DNA of 64,000 nt from an uncultured Halobacteriales archaeon (GCA_964579125.1 CAZOFG010000006.1:15857-79856), one strand, 5' to 3'. Numbered from the stretch's first letter, positions 19,355-29,300 are shown. Made by a program: numbers and translations. Notes: generated by a model from the letters alone, not told the origin.

Positions 19355-19561
19355 TCACTCCTCTGGCGGCTCGAGTTCCGCCTCATCGGCGGGTTCGAGC
19401 AAATCGGCTGGAACGCCGGTTTCTTGCCCATCTTCGAAACTGACTGTGTACGTCTCGTCCCCGAACATCGTCTCCATTACCTGCGTGATTTCGCCCGTGT
19501 CGCCGTCGAATTCGCTATGCTCGTCTCGGAGCACGACAGTGTCGCCTTCATCGAAGCTCAT
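19355..19561 (-). CDS. 68-aa acidic SH3-like protein (DUF1918-like)
   Basis: MSFDEGDTVVLRDEHSEFDGDTGEITQVMETMFGD; true start at 19561, since the track extension overlaps pyrI. Confidence 0.82.
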   Translation of the reverse strand: MSFDEGDTVVLRDEHSEFDGDTGEITQVMETMFGDETYTVSFEDGQETGVPADLLEPADEAELEPPEE

Positions 19562-19647
19562 ACTACCCGAGAACGACCGATGAAAGAAAAGGAACCCGAT
19601 TCGCCTGACCGGCGAGCCGACCACCTCGTCGAGGCAGACGGACCTCG

Positions 19648-19746
19648 TTACTCCGACTCGGGCGTTTCTGACAATTGGTCGGCAACCAGTTTTAGGATGA
19701 CGAGGGCGGCAATGAGAACGATCAGGAGTTTCGCTCTTCGGGACAT
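19648..19746 (-). CDS. 32-aa single-TM micropeptide, absent from the ORF track
   Basis: Hand translation MSRRAKLLIVLIAALVILKLVADQLSETPESE (basic N-terminus, hydrophobic core, acidic tail); AAAGTAAA TATA-like element about 32-39 nt upstream. Confidence 0.55.
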   Translation of the reverse strand: MSRRAKLLIVLIAALVILKLVADQLSETPESE

Positions 19747-19793
19747 ATTTGAAAGCACGGGAGGCAATGGGATAGCGTTTACTTTCTGTTAAA

Positions 19794-20258
19794 TTACGAT
19801 TGTGCCTCGAGCAGGTCCGTGATGTTATCCCGGACGATCGTTCCACAATACTGACACCGGACGCCGTTTCGCAATACTTCGAATTGGCTCTCGACCGGTT
19901 CGTTTGCGGCGGTGATACAACTGTGATTCGGGCAATGGAGAATCCCCCGGACCATCGAGGGTCGTTCAACGCGGTTTTTCTCGATGACGTCGAAATCGCG
20001 GACGATGTTGATTGTCGCTTCCGGCGCGATGAGGGAGAGCACGTCCACCTCGTCTTGGTTGAGTTCACGTCCTTCGATTTTCAGAATATCCTTCTTTCCG
20101 AGCCGATCGCTCGGTACGTTCATCGCAATGCTGAGAACGGCTCCTTCGGACCCGTCGATCTCGAGAACCGAGAGCACATTGAGGGCTTGGCCACCAGAGA
20201 CGTGATCGATCACCGTTCCGTTTCGAATCTTGCTGACCCGAAGTTCTCGCTCAGGCAT
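19794..20258 (-). CDS. pyrI: Aspartate carbamoyltransferase regulatory subunit
   Basis: VSKIRNGTVIDH, KKDILKIE and Zn ligands CPNHSCIT...CQYC. Confidence 0.96.
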   Translation of the reverse strand: MPERELRVSKIRNGTVIDHVSGGQALNVLSVLEIDGSEGAVLSIAMNVPSDRLGKKDILKIEGRELNQDEVDVLSLIAPEATINIVRDFDVIEKNRVERPSMVRGILHCPNHSCITAANEPVESQFEVLRNGVRCQYCGTIVRDNITDLLEAQS

Positions 20259-20260
20259 AT

Positions 20261-21163
20261 TTATTCACCCATGAGGAGATCGAGGAGCGCCATACGAATC
20301 GGAACGCCATTGTGTGCCTGTTCGAAGTACTTTGCTTGCGGGAGTGCATCGACGTCGGTATCGATTTCGTCGACACGTGGCAACGGATGGAGGACGACCA
20401 AGTCGTCTTTAGCCTCCGCAAGCAGGTCTGTGTCAATACGGTACTGCCCGGCGACCTGTCGATATTCGTTTTCGTCCGGGAAGCGTTCGCGTTGAATGCG
20501 GGTCACATACAGGACATCGAGAGTGGGGAGGATGTCGGCGAGATCGGTGTGTTCTTTTACCGCAGCCCCTGCTTCGTGAAGATCGTATCTAATGTCCCGA
20601 GGCAAGCGCAAACTCTCGGGACTAACGAAATGTTGGGTGATGTCAAAATTCGTCAAAGCGGTGGCGAGCGAATGCACCGTTCGGCCGTACTTCAGATCGC
20701 CGAGAAGTCCGATCGAAAGGTCGGACAACCCCGCGTGTTTCCGGATAGTATAGAGATCGAGGAGGGTTTGACTCGGATGATGCCCCGCACCATCTCCCCC
20801 ATTGATCAGTGGGATGTCAATGAATTCGGTTGCCATTCTGGCGGCACCTTCTCGAGGATGACGCAACACGATTGCGTCGGTATAGCCCTCGAGCACCCGA
20901 ATCGAGTCGGCAAGCGTTTCACCCTTTTCGACACTCGTTGATTCGATCGCCCCGAGATCAACTACGTCGCCCCCCAGACGTTTCGCCGCGGATTCGAAAC
21001 TCAGCCTGGTACGGGTACTCGGTTCGAAGAACATCAACCCCAGCAAGAAGTCGTCGAGGACGGGCGTGTGGTCACCGGCCTCGATTTGCTCGGCTCGATC
21101 GAGAATGGCCTCGATCTCCGACCGATCCAGCTCCGTGGTCGTGAGCAAGTGTTGCCGGTCCAT
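20261..21163 (-). CDS. pyrB: Aspartate carbamoyltransferase catalytic subunit
   Basis: [27 protein letters not shown] and LHPLPR. Confidence 0.97.
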   Translation of the reverse strand: MDRQHLLTTTELDRSEIEAILDRAEQIEAGDHTPVLDDFLLGLMFFEPSTRTRLSFESAAKRLGGDVVDLGAIESTSVEKGETLADSIRVLEGYTDAIVLRHPREGAARMATEFIDIPLINGGDGAGHHPSQTLLDLYTIRKHAGLSDLSIGLLGDLKYGRTVHSLATALTNFDITQHFVSPESLRLPRDIRYDLHEAGAAVKEHTDLADILPTLDVLYVTRIQRERFPDENEYRQVAGQYRIDTDLLAEAKDDLVVLHPLPRVDEIDTDVDALPQAKYFEQAHNGVPIRMALLDLLMGE

Positions 21164-21251
21164 CTACCGTCACCCCGAGCCAGGAGCCTAAAAAGCTCCC
21201 TGTTCAAGCCCAACACTGTTAAGGCCGACACCGGGGCGAAGACGCCCCATA

Positions 21252-21851
21252 ATGGCTCGACGGCCCACGGGGATTGATGCGCTTGATCGGAGACTCGGCG
21301 GTGGAATCCCCAACGGTGCGATGGTCGTTGTGGAGACGCCGCCGGCCTCGAATGCAGGCCTCCTTCTCGAACGGATGGTCCCTGCGGGGACGGTGCCGAT
21401 CTCAGTTCTCCCTCGGGCAAGTCCTGCAGGAGCGATCCATCGTCGACCCCGGGGGGCCTCGGTCGGGGTAAATATAACCGCTGCCACCCTAGAGGCGCTC
21501 CTTCGCAATATTGCAGGGGATCGTGGTATCACCTTCGGCCCGGTGGATCCCATTGAACGAGGGCCAGTCTGCCGCCATCGACGACTCTTGGAGACAATAA
21601 TGGGGCACGTAAACGATCGGGATGTGATCGATTTCGTTCACGCACTCACTGGCCGGTCGATTCCTGATACCCGAGACGTCACCCTCTATGCCGCTGACGT
21701 GGTCATACAACTCGAAGCCAGTCGCCGAGGCACAAGGATCGAAACGAGATTGACCGTTCCGAAGTTCCGTGGAGGGACGCCGATCGTCGAGGAACTCAAA
21801 CTCGAGTTGACGGATGAAATCGCTGTTGATACCAGTCGAGATATCGCTTAA
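21252..21851 (+). CDS. Degenerate RecA/RAD55(KaiC)-fold protein
   Basis: PTGIDALDRRLGGGIP N-terminus and RLTVPKFRGG...DTSRDIA C-terminus; no intact Walker A. Confidence 0.75.
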   Translation: MARRPTGIDALDRRLGGGIPNGAMVVVETPPASNAGLLLERMVPAGTVPISVLPRASPAGAIHRRPRGASVGVNITAATLEALLRNIAGDRGITFGPVDPIERGPVCRHRRLLETIMGHVNDRDVIDFVHALTGRSIPDTRDVTLYAADVVIQLEASRRGTRIETRLTVPKFRGGTPIVEELKLELTDEIAVDTSRDIA

Positions 21852-22738
21852 CTCTCCTCAACGTCGACGGCCTCTTCGAGATCCTCGACGTCCTCGACAT
21901 CTTCCAGACCCTCACCTTCTAGGAGGGCTTGGGTATCTTCGATTACCTGGTCGCGGCTCTCGAGGATTTCTTGGACGACGACGCGGTCGATGCCCAATTG
22001 CTCGATCAATTGGCTGGCGATTTCCTGTTTGCGGAACATCCATTGCTGATTCATCGTCAGGGCAGGGGTGGCCTCGATATACAACGACTCCGTGGTGGAT
22101 GTGGTCACTTCACCTTCATCATCCTCTTCTTCGAGCTCCTCGGTTTCGAACCAGATATCGAGTTCCTCGTCGATATACGTGCCCAATAGTCCGTGCGCGA
22201 GTTCCTCTCGATCTTCCAAAATCTCCAGGACTTCCAGCTCGTATTCGATCGCCTCCCCAGCGAGTGGATGATTGAAATCAACACGCGCCCGTCCACCAAT
22301 GACCGTCTCGACGAAGCCGTGTTGGCCGTCGAGTTCGACGTGAGCGCCGGGATATCGATCGTCTTCGGGGATCCGATCGGCACTGACCGTTCGGACCTGA
22401 TCCGGGTCTTCATCACCGAATGCGTCCTCAGCAGGGACCGTCACGGTTGCCGTATCACCTGCCTCGAGTCCGATGAGTGCGTCTTCGACAGGCTCAAACA
22501 GCATGCCTTCCCCGACCGCGATTACCTGGGGTTCGAACGTTTGATCCTCGTCGGCTACGCCTTCGTCTTCGGCGACGTCTGGATCGGTCGTATCGACCAA
22601 TTGGTCGCTCTCAACGGAGTACGCAGTGTAATCGAGTTTGATGACATCGCCCTCGCTGATACCGGGCCCTTCATCCTCCGAAGAGTCAGGTTCATCCGCT
22701 GCCGATGACTCTTCGGTGTGCTCCTCGTCGTTCGACAT
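21848..22738 (-). CDS. Long FKBP-type peptidyl-prolyl isomerase (SlyD-like)
   Basis: IKLDYT, VDTTD, VPAEDAFG and RVDFNHPLAG; acidic termini. Confidence 0.93.
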   Translation of the reverse strand: MSNDEEHTEESSAADEPDSSEDEGPGISEGDVIKLDYTAYSVESDQLVDTTDPDVAEDEGVADEDQTFEPQVIAVGEGMLFEPVEDALIGLEAGDTATVTVPAEDAFGDEDPDQVRTVSADRIPEDDRYPGAHVELDGQHGFVETVIGGRARVDFNHPLAGEAIEYELEVLEILEDREELAHGLLGTYIDEELDIWFETEELEEEDDEGEVTTSTTESLYIEATPALTMNQQWMFRKQEIASQLIEQLGIDRVVVQEILESRDQVIEDTQALLEGEGLEDVEDVEDLEEAVDVEES

Positions 22739-22830
22739 GCGTAATTGGTTCGCCGGTTTCCATTTAAGAATCACGTTCTCGCCCGTCCGAATCGAAGTCG
22801 TTATGCGGCCGTGTCTGCCCGAGAACTGAC

Positions 22831-23385
22831 GTGGCCGAGTTCGAGGTGGAGTTCAAGCTTAAATGTCCACACGATGATGCAAAGCCGCGGCTCATTGATC
22901 GCGGGTATGAACCGTTGTGCCGCCTCGAACAGGTCGATCAGTACTTCGACGCCCCTCATCGCTCGTTCGTCCGAACTGACGAAGCCCTCAGGATTCGGCG
23001 AAGCACAAACCTCGAATCGGGTGAAGAGACCGTCTCTCTGACGTACAAGGGTCCTCGGGCGGAAACTGCAGCAAAATCCAGAATCGAACGGACCGTTGGG
23101 GTCGATTCGGAACCGGCGCTCGCGACGCTTCTGGAACAGCTCGATTTCGAACGGGCAGGTACCGTTACCAAGGAACGACAACAGTTCACGCGGGGTGAGT
23201 TCCTCGCGACGTTAGACGTAGTCGAGGGCTTGGGTGAGTATGTCGAACTCGAAGTTATGGCCGATCCGGATGCGATCACTACGGGGTCGAGGGAGCTCGA
23301 AGCGGAATTGTCGGTGCTCGGACTGGCTGATTATCCACGCATCGAGACGTCATATCTCGACCTTCTCAATGATGATGTGGAGTAA
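22831..23385 (+). CDS. CYTH/triphosphate tunnel metalloenzyme (CyaB-like)
   Basis: EVEFK, QVDQYF, EALRIR, LTYKGP, SRIE, VTKER and VELE motifs. Confidence 0.9.
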   Translation: MAEFEVEFKLKCPHDDAKPRLIDRGYEPLCRLEQVDQYFDAPHRSFVRTDEALRIRRSTNLESGEETVSLTYKGPRAETAAKSRIERTVGVDSEPALATLLEQLDFERAGTVTKERQQFTRGEFLATLDVVEGLGEYVELEVMADPDAITTGSRELEAELSVLGLADYPRIETSYLDLLNDDVE

Positions 23386-23445
23386 TAATATGTCTCCAGA
23401 TGGTTTTCGCAAGTTATAGAACGACCCGAACGAAATCGCCCGGTA

Positions 23446-24651
23446 ATGGTAACCCGGAACGTGGAGATCTCATCGCTGGAACGACCGGCGGTGCGTGATC
23501 AAAGCATCGAGATTGTGGAGCGCAAGGGATTGGGTCATCCTGACTCCATTTGTGACGGTGTCGCCGAACACGTCGCACAGCATCTGGCGCAGGCGTATCG
23601 CGACAGATTTGGTCACGTCCTGCATTTCAATACGGACGAAACACAACTCGTGGCCGGTTCCGCTTCACCCACCTTCGGTGGGGGTGAGGTAAATCGGCCG
23701 ATTTACCTACTCATCGTTGGGCGGGCCACCAAAACGTATCGCGGTGAGTCGTTCCCAGCCGAGCGTATCGCACTGGAGGCCGCGAAGGACTACATCGAGA
23801 CCAATTTCCCCCGGATTTGTGTGGGAACAGATCTCGTCTTGGATGTCCGACTCGGGCAAGGAAGCGGCGATTTACAGACCGTCTTCGGTGAAGGTGGACG
23901 CTCAGTCCCGGCCGCGAACGATACGAGCTTCGGTGTCGGCCATGCGCCCCTGTCAGATACCGAGCGGATCGTCCTTGAGGTAGAGCGGGCCCTCAATGGG
24001 GATTTCGGGGCAGATCGTCCGGCGATCGGGCAAGACATCAAAGTGATGGGCAAACGAGAAGATGACGCAATCGATCTCACGGTTGCAACCGCAGTCGTCG
24101 ATGAGTACGTGCCGGATATCGATGCGTATACCAATGTCGTGCGGGAGGTGAACGAATTCGTGCTCGATGTTGCTCATCAGTACACCGATTACGACGTCAG
24201 TGTCGCGGTCAATACGGCGGATGATTTCGAGGCCGAGTCAGTCTATCTCACGAATACGGGCACAAGCGCTGAGCAAGGAGATGATGGATCGGTCGGACGA
24301 GGGAATCGTTGTAATGGGTTGATCACGCCAAATCGTTCGATGAGCCTCGAGGCCACTTCCGGCAAGAATCCAGTCAATCACATCGGCAAGATATACAATG
24401 TATTGGCGTACGAAATCGCAAAAACGGTCGTTGCGGAAATCGACGGTATCGCCGATCTTCGAGTGCGCCTGCTCAGTCAGATCGGTCAGCCGATCGATCA
24501 GCCACAAGTAGCCGATATCGATGTCATAACCGAAAGTGGGACGAGTATCGGCAACGTCTCTGACGAGGTTAGGCAGGTTGTCGACGAACAATTAGCAGAT
24601 GTCACGAGTATCACTGATCGGTTGATCGACGGCGAGATCACCACGTTTTGA
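23446..24651 (+). CDS. mat: Archaeal methionine adenosyltransferase
   Basis: [45 protein letters not shown] and [10 protein letters not shown]. Confidence 0.96.
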   Translation: MVTRNVEISSLERPAVRDQSIEIVERKGLGHPDSICDGVAEHVAQHLAQAYRDRFGHVLHFNTDETQLVAGSASPTFGGGEVNRPIYLLIVGRATKTYRGESFPAERIALEAAKDYIETNFPRICVGTDLVLDVRLGQGSGDLQTVFGEGGRSVPAANDTSFGVGHAPLSDTERIVLEVERALNGDFGADRPAIGQDIKVMGKREDDAIDLTVATAVVDEYVPDIDAYTNVVREVNEFVLDVAHQYTDYDVSVAVNTADDFEAESVYLTNTGTSAEQGDDGSVGRGNRCNGLITPNRSMSLEATSGKNPVNHIGKIYNVLAYEIAKTVVAEIDGIADLRVRLLSQIGQPIDQPQVADIDVITESGTSIGNVSDEVRQVVDEQLADVTSITDRLIDGEITTF

Positions 24652-24700
24652 ACACCAGTCGGGCGAAATTGGTTTGGCGACAGGGGGCAAGTGCCCAGCC

Positions 24701-25156
24701 GTGACGAGCGTATGTTTCGTCACTGATCCGGCCGACGATCCGCGTCAGGCGCTGTTTCGCTACGAAACGGCGCGCCAAGCGCTTTCGACATACGACCCGA
24801 CGTTATGGTACGACAACGCGCTGGTCGTCGAACCGGTCAGTCTCGGTTCCGCGATTTCGCTCGTCCGCGATCTCGAGTGGTATCTCCGTCGATGCGTCCG
24901 TGAGACCATCATTCGCGAACCGAGCGTGAGCGATGAAGAGTGGCTGTCGATCACCCTCGCTCAAGCCCTCAGAGCGGAGGAGATTGATCCTGAAGAAACC
25001 CGATCATTAGTGAAAATCTATGGGGTCGATGCGGGGTGTCTCGTGGAGCCGATGTACGCGGAACGACGGGAGGATGGGACGCTCCCTGCATACGATCTCA
25101 GAGCGGTCGACGAGACGGTAATCGTTCGGATCACTGCCGAGGCCTTCGGTGGGTGA
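24701..25156 (+). CDS. Conserved haloarchaeal protein (DUF5804-like)
   Basis: ETARQALSTYD, VSLGSAISL...LEWYL and LVEPM; GTG start at 24701. Confidence 0.75.
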   Translation: MTSVCFVTDPADDPRQALFRYETARQALSTYDPTLWYDNALVVEPVSLGSAISLVRDLEWYLRRCVRETIIREPSVSDEEWLSITLAQALRAEEIDPEETRSLVKIYGVDAGCLVEPMYAERREDGTLPAYDLRAVDETVIVRITAEAFGG

Positions 25157-25224
25157 TTTCGCCGAGAGTCGGCATCCACGCCGATCCAGAAACCTTTACC
25201 CACTCTTCACGCGGGCGTTTCTCC

Positions 25225-26565
25225 ATGGGCGAGACCGTCCTACTTGTGGGAGGGGGAGGTCGAGAACACGCAATCGCGCGGGCCCTCGATTCGAGCACGG
25301 TCGTCGACGAAGTATTCGTGGCCGCAAGCAACCGCAACCCTGGAATTGCATCGCTCGCGACGGACCTCACCACGATGGAGGAAACTGCCACGGCGGACGT
25401 GGTTGAGTACGCGGTTGAACACGGGTGTTCCATCGCGGTGATTGGGCCTGAGGCACCGCTCGAGGCTGGCATCGTTGACACGCTTGAGGCAGCTGATATC
25501 TATGCGTTCGGCCCGCCGGCCGATCAGGCACGCATCGAGACCGACAAAGCCTGGCAGCGATCCTTCATGGCGGAACATGGGATTCGCGGTCGTCCTGAGT
25601 TTGCCGTCTTTGACTCGACGGTTGCTGCCACCGAGTACGTCCGGACGGTCGACGGTGATGTCGCGGTCAAACCCACCGGCTTGACTGGTGGCAAAGGAGT
25701 CCGGGTCACCGGCGATCAACTCAGCAAACCGGAGGCGATTGAGTATATGGAAGACGCGGCCTATGACGAGTGGGTCATCGAGGAACGACTCGTCGGCGAA
25801 GAATTCACCGTCCAGGCGTTCGTTGCGAATGATTCGATCCAGTTCTCACCCGCGGTACAGGATCACAAACGGGCGTACGAGGGTGATGAAGGACCAAACA
25901 CCGGCGGGATGGGCAGTTACGCTGCTGGCGAACCAATCCTTCCGTTCATGACCGAAGCAGAGTATGCGGCTGCGACTGACATCCTCGAGGAGACGATCAC
26001 GGCCCTCGGTGATTATCGCGGCATCCTGTATGGACAGTTCATGCTTACCGCCGAGGGTCCGAAAGTCGTGGAGTTCAACGCACGCTTCGGCGATCCTGAG
26101 GCAATGAATACGCTCCCGATCCTCGAAACGGACTTCGGTGAGATCCTTACTGCGGCCAAGGAAGGGCGTCCATTGCCCGAACTCTCGTTCAAACCACTGG
26201 CAACGGTGTGTAAGTATGCCGTCCCGGTGGGATATCCCACGTCTCCCGAAGCCGGAGCGAGAATTACGGTCGATGAAGCCACGATCGATCGCGTCAATGC
26301 GACAGCCGAATCCTCCTCCCCCGACGGCATCGCCCCCGCCGCTCGGCTCTATTATGCCAGTGTTGACGAGCGGGAAGACGGCATTTACACCACGACGTCA
26401 CGCGCGTTCGCCGTTGTCGGTCTTGCCGAGGAGATCAGCGATGCTGAAGCTATCGCCGAACGGGCACTCGATGCGGCGGGATCTGGTGTCAGAATCCGCC
26501 ACGATATCGGGACTGATGCCCTCATTGAGCAACGGATTTCACACATGAAGCAACTTCGGGGCTGA
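25225..26565 (+). CDS. purD: Phosphoribosylamine--glycine ligase
   Basis: VGGGGREHAI, IGPEAPL, KPTGLTGGKGV, QDHKR, GPNTGGMG and EFNARFGDPE. Confidence 0.96.
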   Translation: MGETVLLVGGGGREHAIARALDSSTVVDEVFVAASNRNPGIASLATDLTTMEETATADVVEYAVEHGCSIAVIGPEAPLEAGIVDTLEAADIYAFGPPADQARIETDKAWQRSFMAEHGIRGRPEFAVFDSTVAATEYVRTVDGDVAVKPTGLTGGKGVRVTGDQLSKPEAIEYMEDAAYDEWVIEERLVGEEFTVQAFVANDSIQFSPAVQDHKRAYEGDEGPNTGGMGSYAAGEPILPFMTEAEYAAATDILEETITALGDYRGILYGQFMLTAEGPKVVEFNARFGDPEAMNTLPILETDFGEILTAAKEGRPLPELSFKPLATVCKYAVPVGYPTSPEAGARITVDEATIDRVNATAESSSPDGIAPAARLYYASVDEREDGIYTTTSRAFAVVGLAEEISDAEAIAERALDAAGSGVRIRHDIGTDALIEQRISHMKQLRG

Positions 26566-26582
26566 CGTTTGGATACGGATCG

Positions 26583-27380
26583 CTAATCTCGGATCCGTGA
26601 GAGGCCGTTTTGCAGGAGGCGTCGGTTCGGCACGATGTACTCGCGATCCTCGCCTTCGATCCGCGTCGCGAAGATGTCGATTTCCTGCACGATACCCTCT
26701 GCGTCTCCGAGGCGGATCTCGTCACCGATCGAAATTGGCTCATTCAACAGCAGGTAGATCCCGGCTGCGGCGGAGGCAAGGAAGTCTTGCAAGGCGATTG
26801 CGCTAAAGAGGACAATGCCGAAAAAGTACACCGCGAGCATAATCAAAAGGGCCGTAGTGTGCACGCCAACTTGACCAAGCGCAATCAACGAGGCGATGAA
26901 GATGATACTGTATTTGACAACGGCCGGGATGATCGAAACCTCCGGGAGCTTGATCCCTTGAAGGCGTTCACTGACCAGAATTTCGATTTTGTCGGCCACG
27001 ACAATTCCCGTGACGAGGATGAGCACCGCCACGAAGAGATGTGGTAGCCACGCAGTGGCGAGATCCCAGAAGACGTCCCCCCGAATCACGCCCACCAGGA
27101 GGAAGGCAGCCAAAACGGTCCCAATGTACACGAACCACGAAACGAGGCGGCCGATGACGACGACGGTCGAGGTGCCGGTTCGTTGCAACCACCGTTCGGT
27201 ACTCGTCCCTTCGACGACGCTCGGGACGCCCATTAATCGCAACACCCGTGTGATGAATCGACCGAGGATGTATCCACTGATAAGTCCGACCAGGAGAACG
27301 AGCACCACCTGGACGGCCATTTCGTCGAAGTATTCGATCGACTCACCGAGTGTATCAATAATTCTCTGGATCGAGCTCAA
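26583..27380 (-). CDS. mscS: MscS-family mechanosensitive channel (start uncertain: TTG 27380 or ATG about 27320)
   Basis: Multi-TM, LQDFLASAAAGIYLL, ISIGDEI...GIVQEI and YIVPN. Confidence 0.85.
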   Translation of the reverse strand: MSSIQRIIDTLGESIEYFDEMAVQVVLVLLVGLISGYILGRFITRVLRLMGVPSVVEGTSTERWLQRTGTSTVVVIGRLVSWFVYIGTVLAAFLLVGVIRGDVFWDLATAWLPHLFVAVLILVTGIVVADKIEILVSERLQGIKLPEVSIIPAVVKYSIIFIASLIALGQVGVHTTALLIMLAVYFFGIVLFSAIALQDFLASAAAGIYLLLNEPISIGDEIRLGDAEGIVQEIDIFATRIEGEDREYIVPNRRLLQNGLSRIRD

Positions 27381-28167
27381 GTCTTAACTCACCACCTTTG
27401 AACGCACGAACCAGCCCGTCACTTTCCGAGAGGGCGATCGCTACGGCATTGGTATCTCGGGTAATCGCTGATGCAGCCATGTGGCGGGCGCCGAGCCCTT
27501 TCGGGATATCGACACCCTCTGCCGACGGCTCAAGGTAGCGGTACGCGCTGACAATCTTGCCCGAATCACTGATAATAAAGGCGCCATCGAGTCGGGAAAA
27601 CTCCTTCAGCATGACCTTCACGATCGGATCGCCGACATTGACATGCGATTTCTCGAAGGGATTGTAACTCAGTGGCCGGCTTTTGTTCATCACTTTGCCC
27701 GCATCCCCCACCACGAAGAGGGCTCCCACTCGGGAACCCTTCTGGCCCTTAATTCCCAATTCGACAGCCAACTCAATGACATCGGCAATCACCGCGGCAT
27801 CCGGTCGGGAGTTCACGAGGAGGTTATAGATCCCCGAGTGATCGTCCTCGTCAATGCGAACACGACTCACGGTATCGATATCTGCGTTAAAGACGGACGC
27901 TGCGCAGATAACGCGGTCGCCGTCTTCGACGTACTCGCCATCGAGTGCCCCTTCGATGCCGAACGCGATATGGTCGTCATACGTGCCGAGATTGATGGGT
28001 AACTCGATGAAGTCTTCAGCATCGACGTCGTTATCCGCAGCAATTACGATGACGTCAACGTCATCGACTTCTTCGAAGTCTTCGTAGTATGACGGGTTCG
28101 GATCGAACAAAAAGACGGCATCGAGGTCGGCGAAGAGCGATTCAAAACGCTCCAACACAGAGGTCAT
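27355..28167 (-). CDS. dacZ: Diadenylate cyclase (archaeal DacZ, DisA_N domain)
   Basis: VGALFVVGD, EFSRLDGAFII (DGA), GLGARHMAA and ALSESDG. Confidence 0.92.
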   Translation of the reverse strand: MTSVLERFESLFADLDAVFLFDPNPSYYEDFEEVDDVDVIVIAADNDVDAEDFIELPINLGTYDDHIAFGIEGALDGEYVEDGDRVICAASVFNADIDTVSRVRIDEDDHSGIYNLLVNSRPDAAVIADVIELAVELGIKGQKGSRVGALFVVGDAGKVMNKSRPLSYNPFEKSHVNVGDPIVKVMLKEFSRLDGAFIISDSGKIVSAYRYLEPSAEGVDIPKGLGARHMAASAITRDTNAVAIALSESDGLVRAFKGGELRLELDPENY

Positions 28168-28254
28168 CGGGATGACATACGGCCGACATCTAATAAAGCG
28201 TTCGGGGATGGAGAGGACCGGCGTTTATTATCCCTGCGGGCTGGGGTACGGATA

Positions 28255-29187
28255 ATGGAGGCTGAGTCGGATGTATGGGTGTTGCTCCCCACGTTGAACG
28301 AGGCGGCATCCATCGGTGAGGTCATCGATGGATTGCACGCCAATGGATTCAGTGACATCCTCGTGATGGACGGTGGATCGAGCGACGGGACAAAATCGAT
28401 CGCCGAGGAGCGCGGGGCTCGGGTCGAAGTTCAGTCCGGATCCGGAAAGGGACAAGCCGTTATCGAGGCGGTCGAGATGCTCGAGTCGGAATTCGTGCTC
28501 ATGCTTGATGGTGATGGCACCTACCGACCAGATGAGGCGCACCGACTCATGGCGCCATTGCGGGACGGTCGTGCCGATCACGTGATCGGCAACCGCTTTC
28601 ACGACATGGAACGTGGAGCAATGACCCGGTTGAATCGATTCGGGAATCGCCAAATCAATCGCCTGTTTCGATATATCAATCGCATTGAATTATCTGACAT
28701 TCTGAGTGGCTACCGCGCGTTTCGGACCGACGCCTTTGTTCAGCTCGATCTATCCGCAAAGGGATTCGGAATCGAGGCCGAAATGACGGGCGAGGCGGTG
28801 CGTCACGGGCAGGACATCGAAGAGGTACCGATCACGTATCAACGGCGCCCCCAGGCATCGCAATCGAACTTACGCCCGATCCGAGACGGCGCAGTCATCG
28901 TCAGCACGCTCTATCGGGTTGCCCGGATGAACAACCCGCTGTTTTTCTTCGGCAGTCTCGGCATCGTAGGTATCATCGCTGGGGTCATCGTCGGTGGATA
29001 CGTGGGGGCGCGCTGGTACTTCGCAGGGGTATCGCATGTGGGATTTGCCATCGTCTCGTCATTTCTGTTGATTTTCGGCTTTCAGTTGATCATGTTCGGA
29101 GTCCTTTCGGATATGATTCTGTCTTTACACCAAGAGCATCGCCAGCGGATTCAACAATTGGAGGATCGCCTCGAGGAGCGCGAGTAG
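28255..29187 (+). CDS. aglJ: S-layer glycoprotein N-glycosylation GT2 enzyme
   Basis: LPTLNEAASIG, DGGSSDGT, QSGSGKGQAV, MLDGDGTY, DILSGYRAF and LRPIRDG, then two C-terminal TMs. Confidence 0.85.
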   Translation: MEAESDVWVLLPTLNEAASIGEVIDGLHANGFSDILVMDGGSSDGTKSIAEERGARVEVQSGSGKGQAVIEAVEMLESEFVLMLDGDGTYRPDEAHRLMAPLRDGRADHVIGNRFHDMERGAMTRLNRFGNRQINRLFRYINRIELSDILSGYRAFRTDAFVQLDLSAKGFGIEAEMTGEAVRHGQDIEEVPITYQRRPQASQSNLRPIRDGAVIVSTLYRVARMNNPLFFFGSLGIVGIIAGVIVGGYVGARWYFAGVSHVGFAIVSSFLLIFGFQLIMFGVLSDMILSLHQEHRQRIQQLEDRLEERE

Positions 29188-29300
29188 TCCAGCTGAACGA
29201 CGTCGCACGTCCGTCTGACAAAGCTGGTCAGCCATTGCATTAATGGCGTAGTATCACCCGTTCCAGCTGAAATTCGTCGCTCGGGCGTCAGACGTAACTG

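Noticed and set aside
19562-20068. N-terminal extension of the 237-aa track ORF
   Set aside because: Overlaps pyrI in another frame and the 32-aa ORF; only the last 68 aa look like a real protein.
21860-22150. GAA/GAC/GTC-rich quasi-repeats
   Set aside because: They encode the acidic tail of the FKBP protein; ordinary halophilic low complexity.
29100-29235. Short hydrophobic minus-strand ORF (MADQLCQTDVRRRSAGLLALLEAILQLL...)
   Set aside because: Mostly antisense to the aglJ 3' end; the hydrophobicity is explained by the sense-strand codons.
29188-29300. Short inverted repeats (CGTCTGAC/GTCAGACG, GCCATT/AATGGC) between convergent genes
   Set aside because: Too short and imperfect to call a MITE or ncRNA; at most terminator-related.
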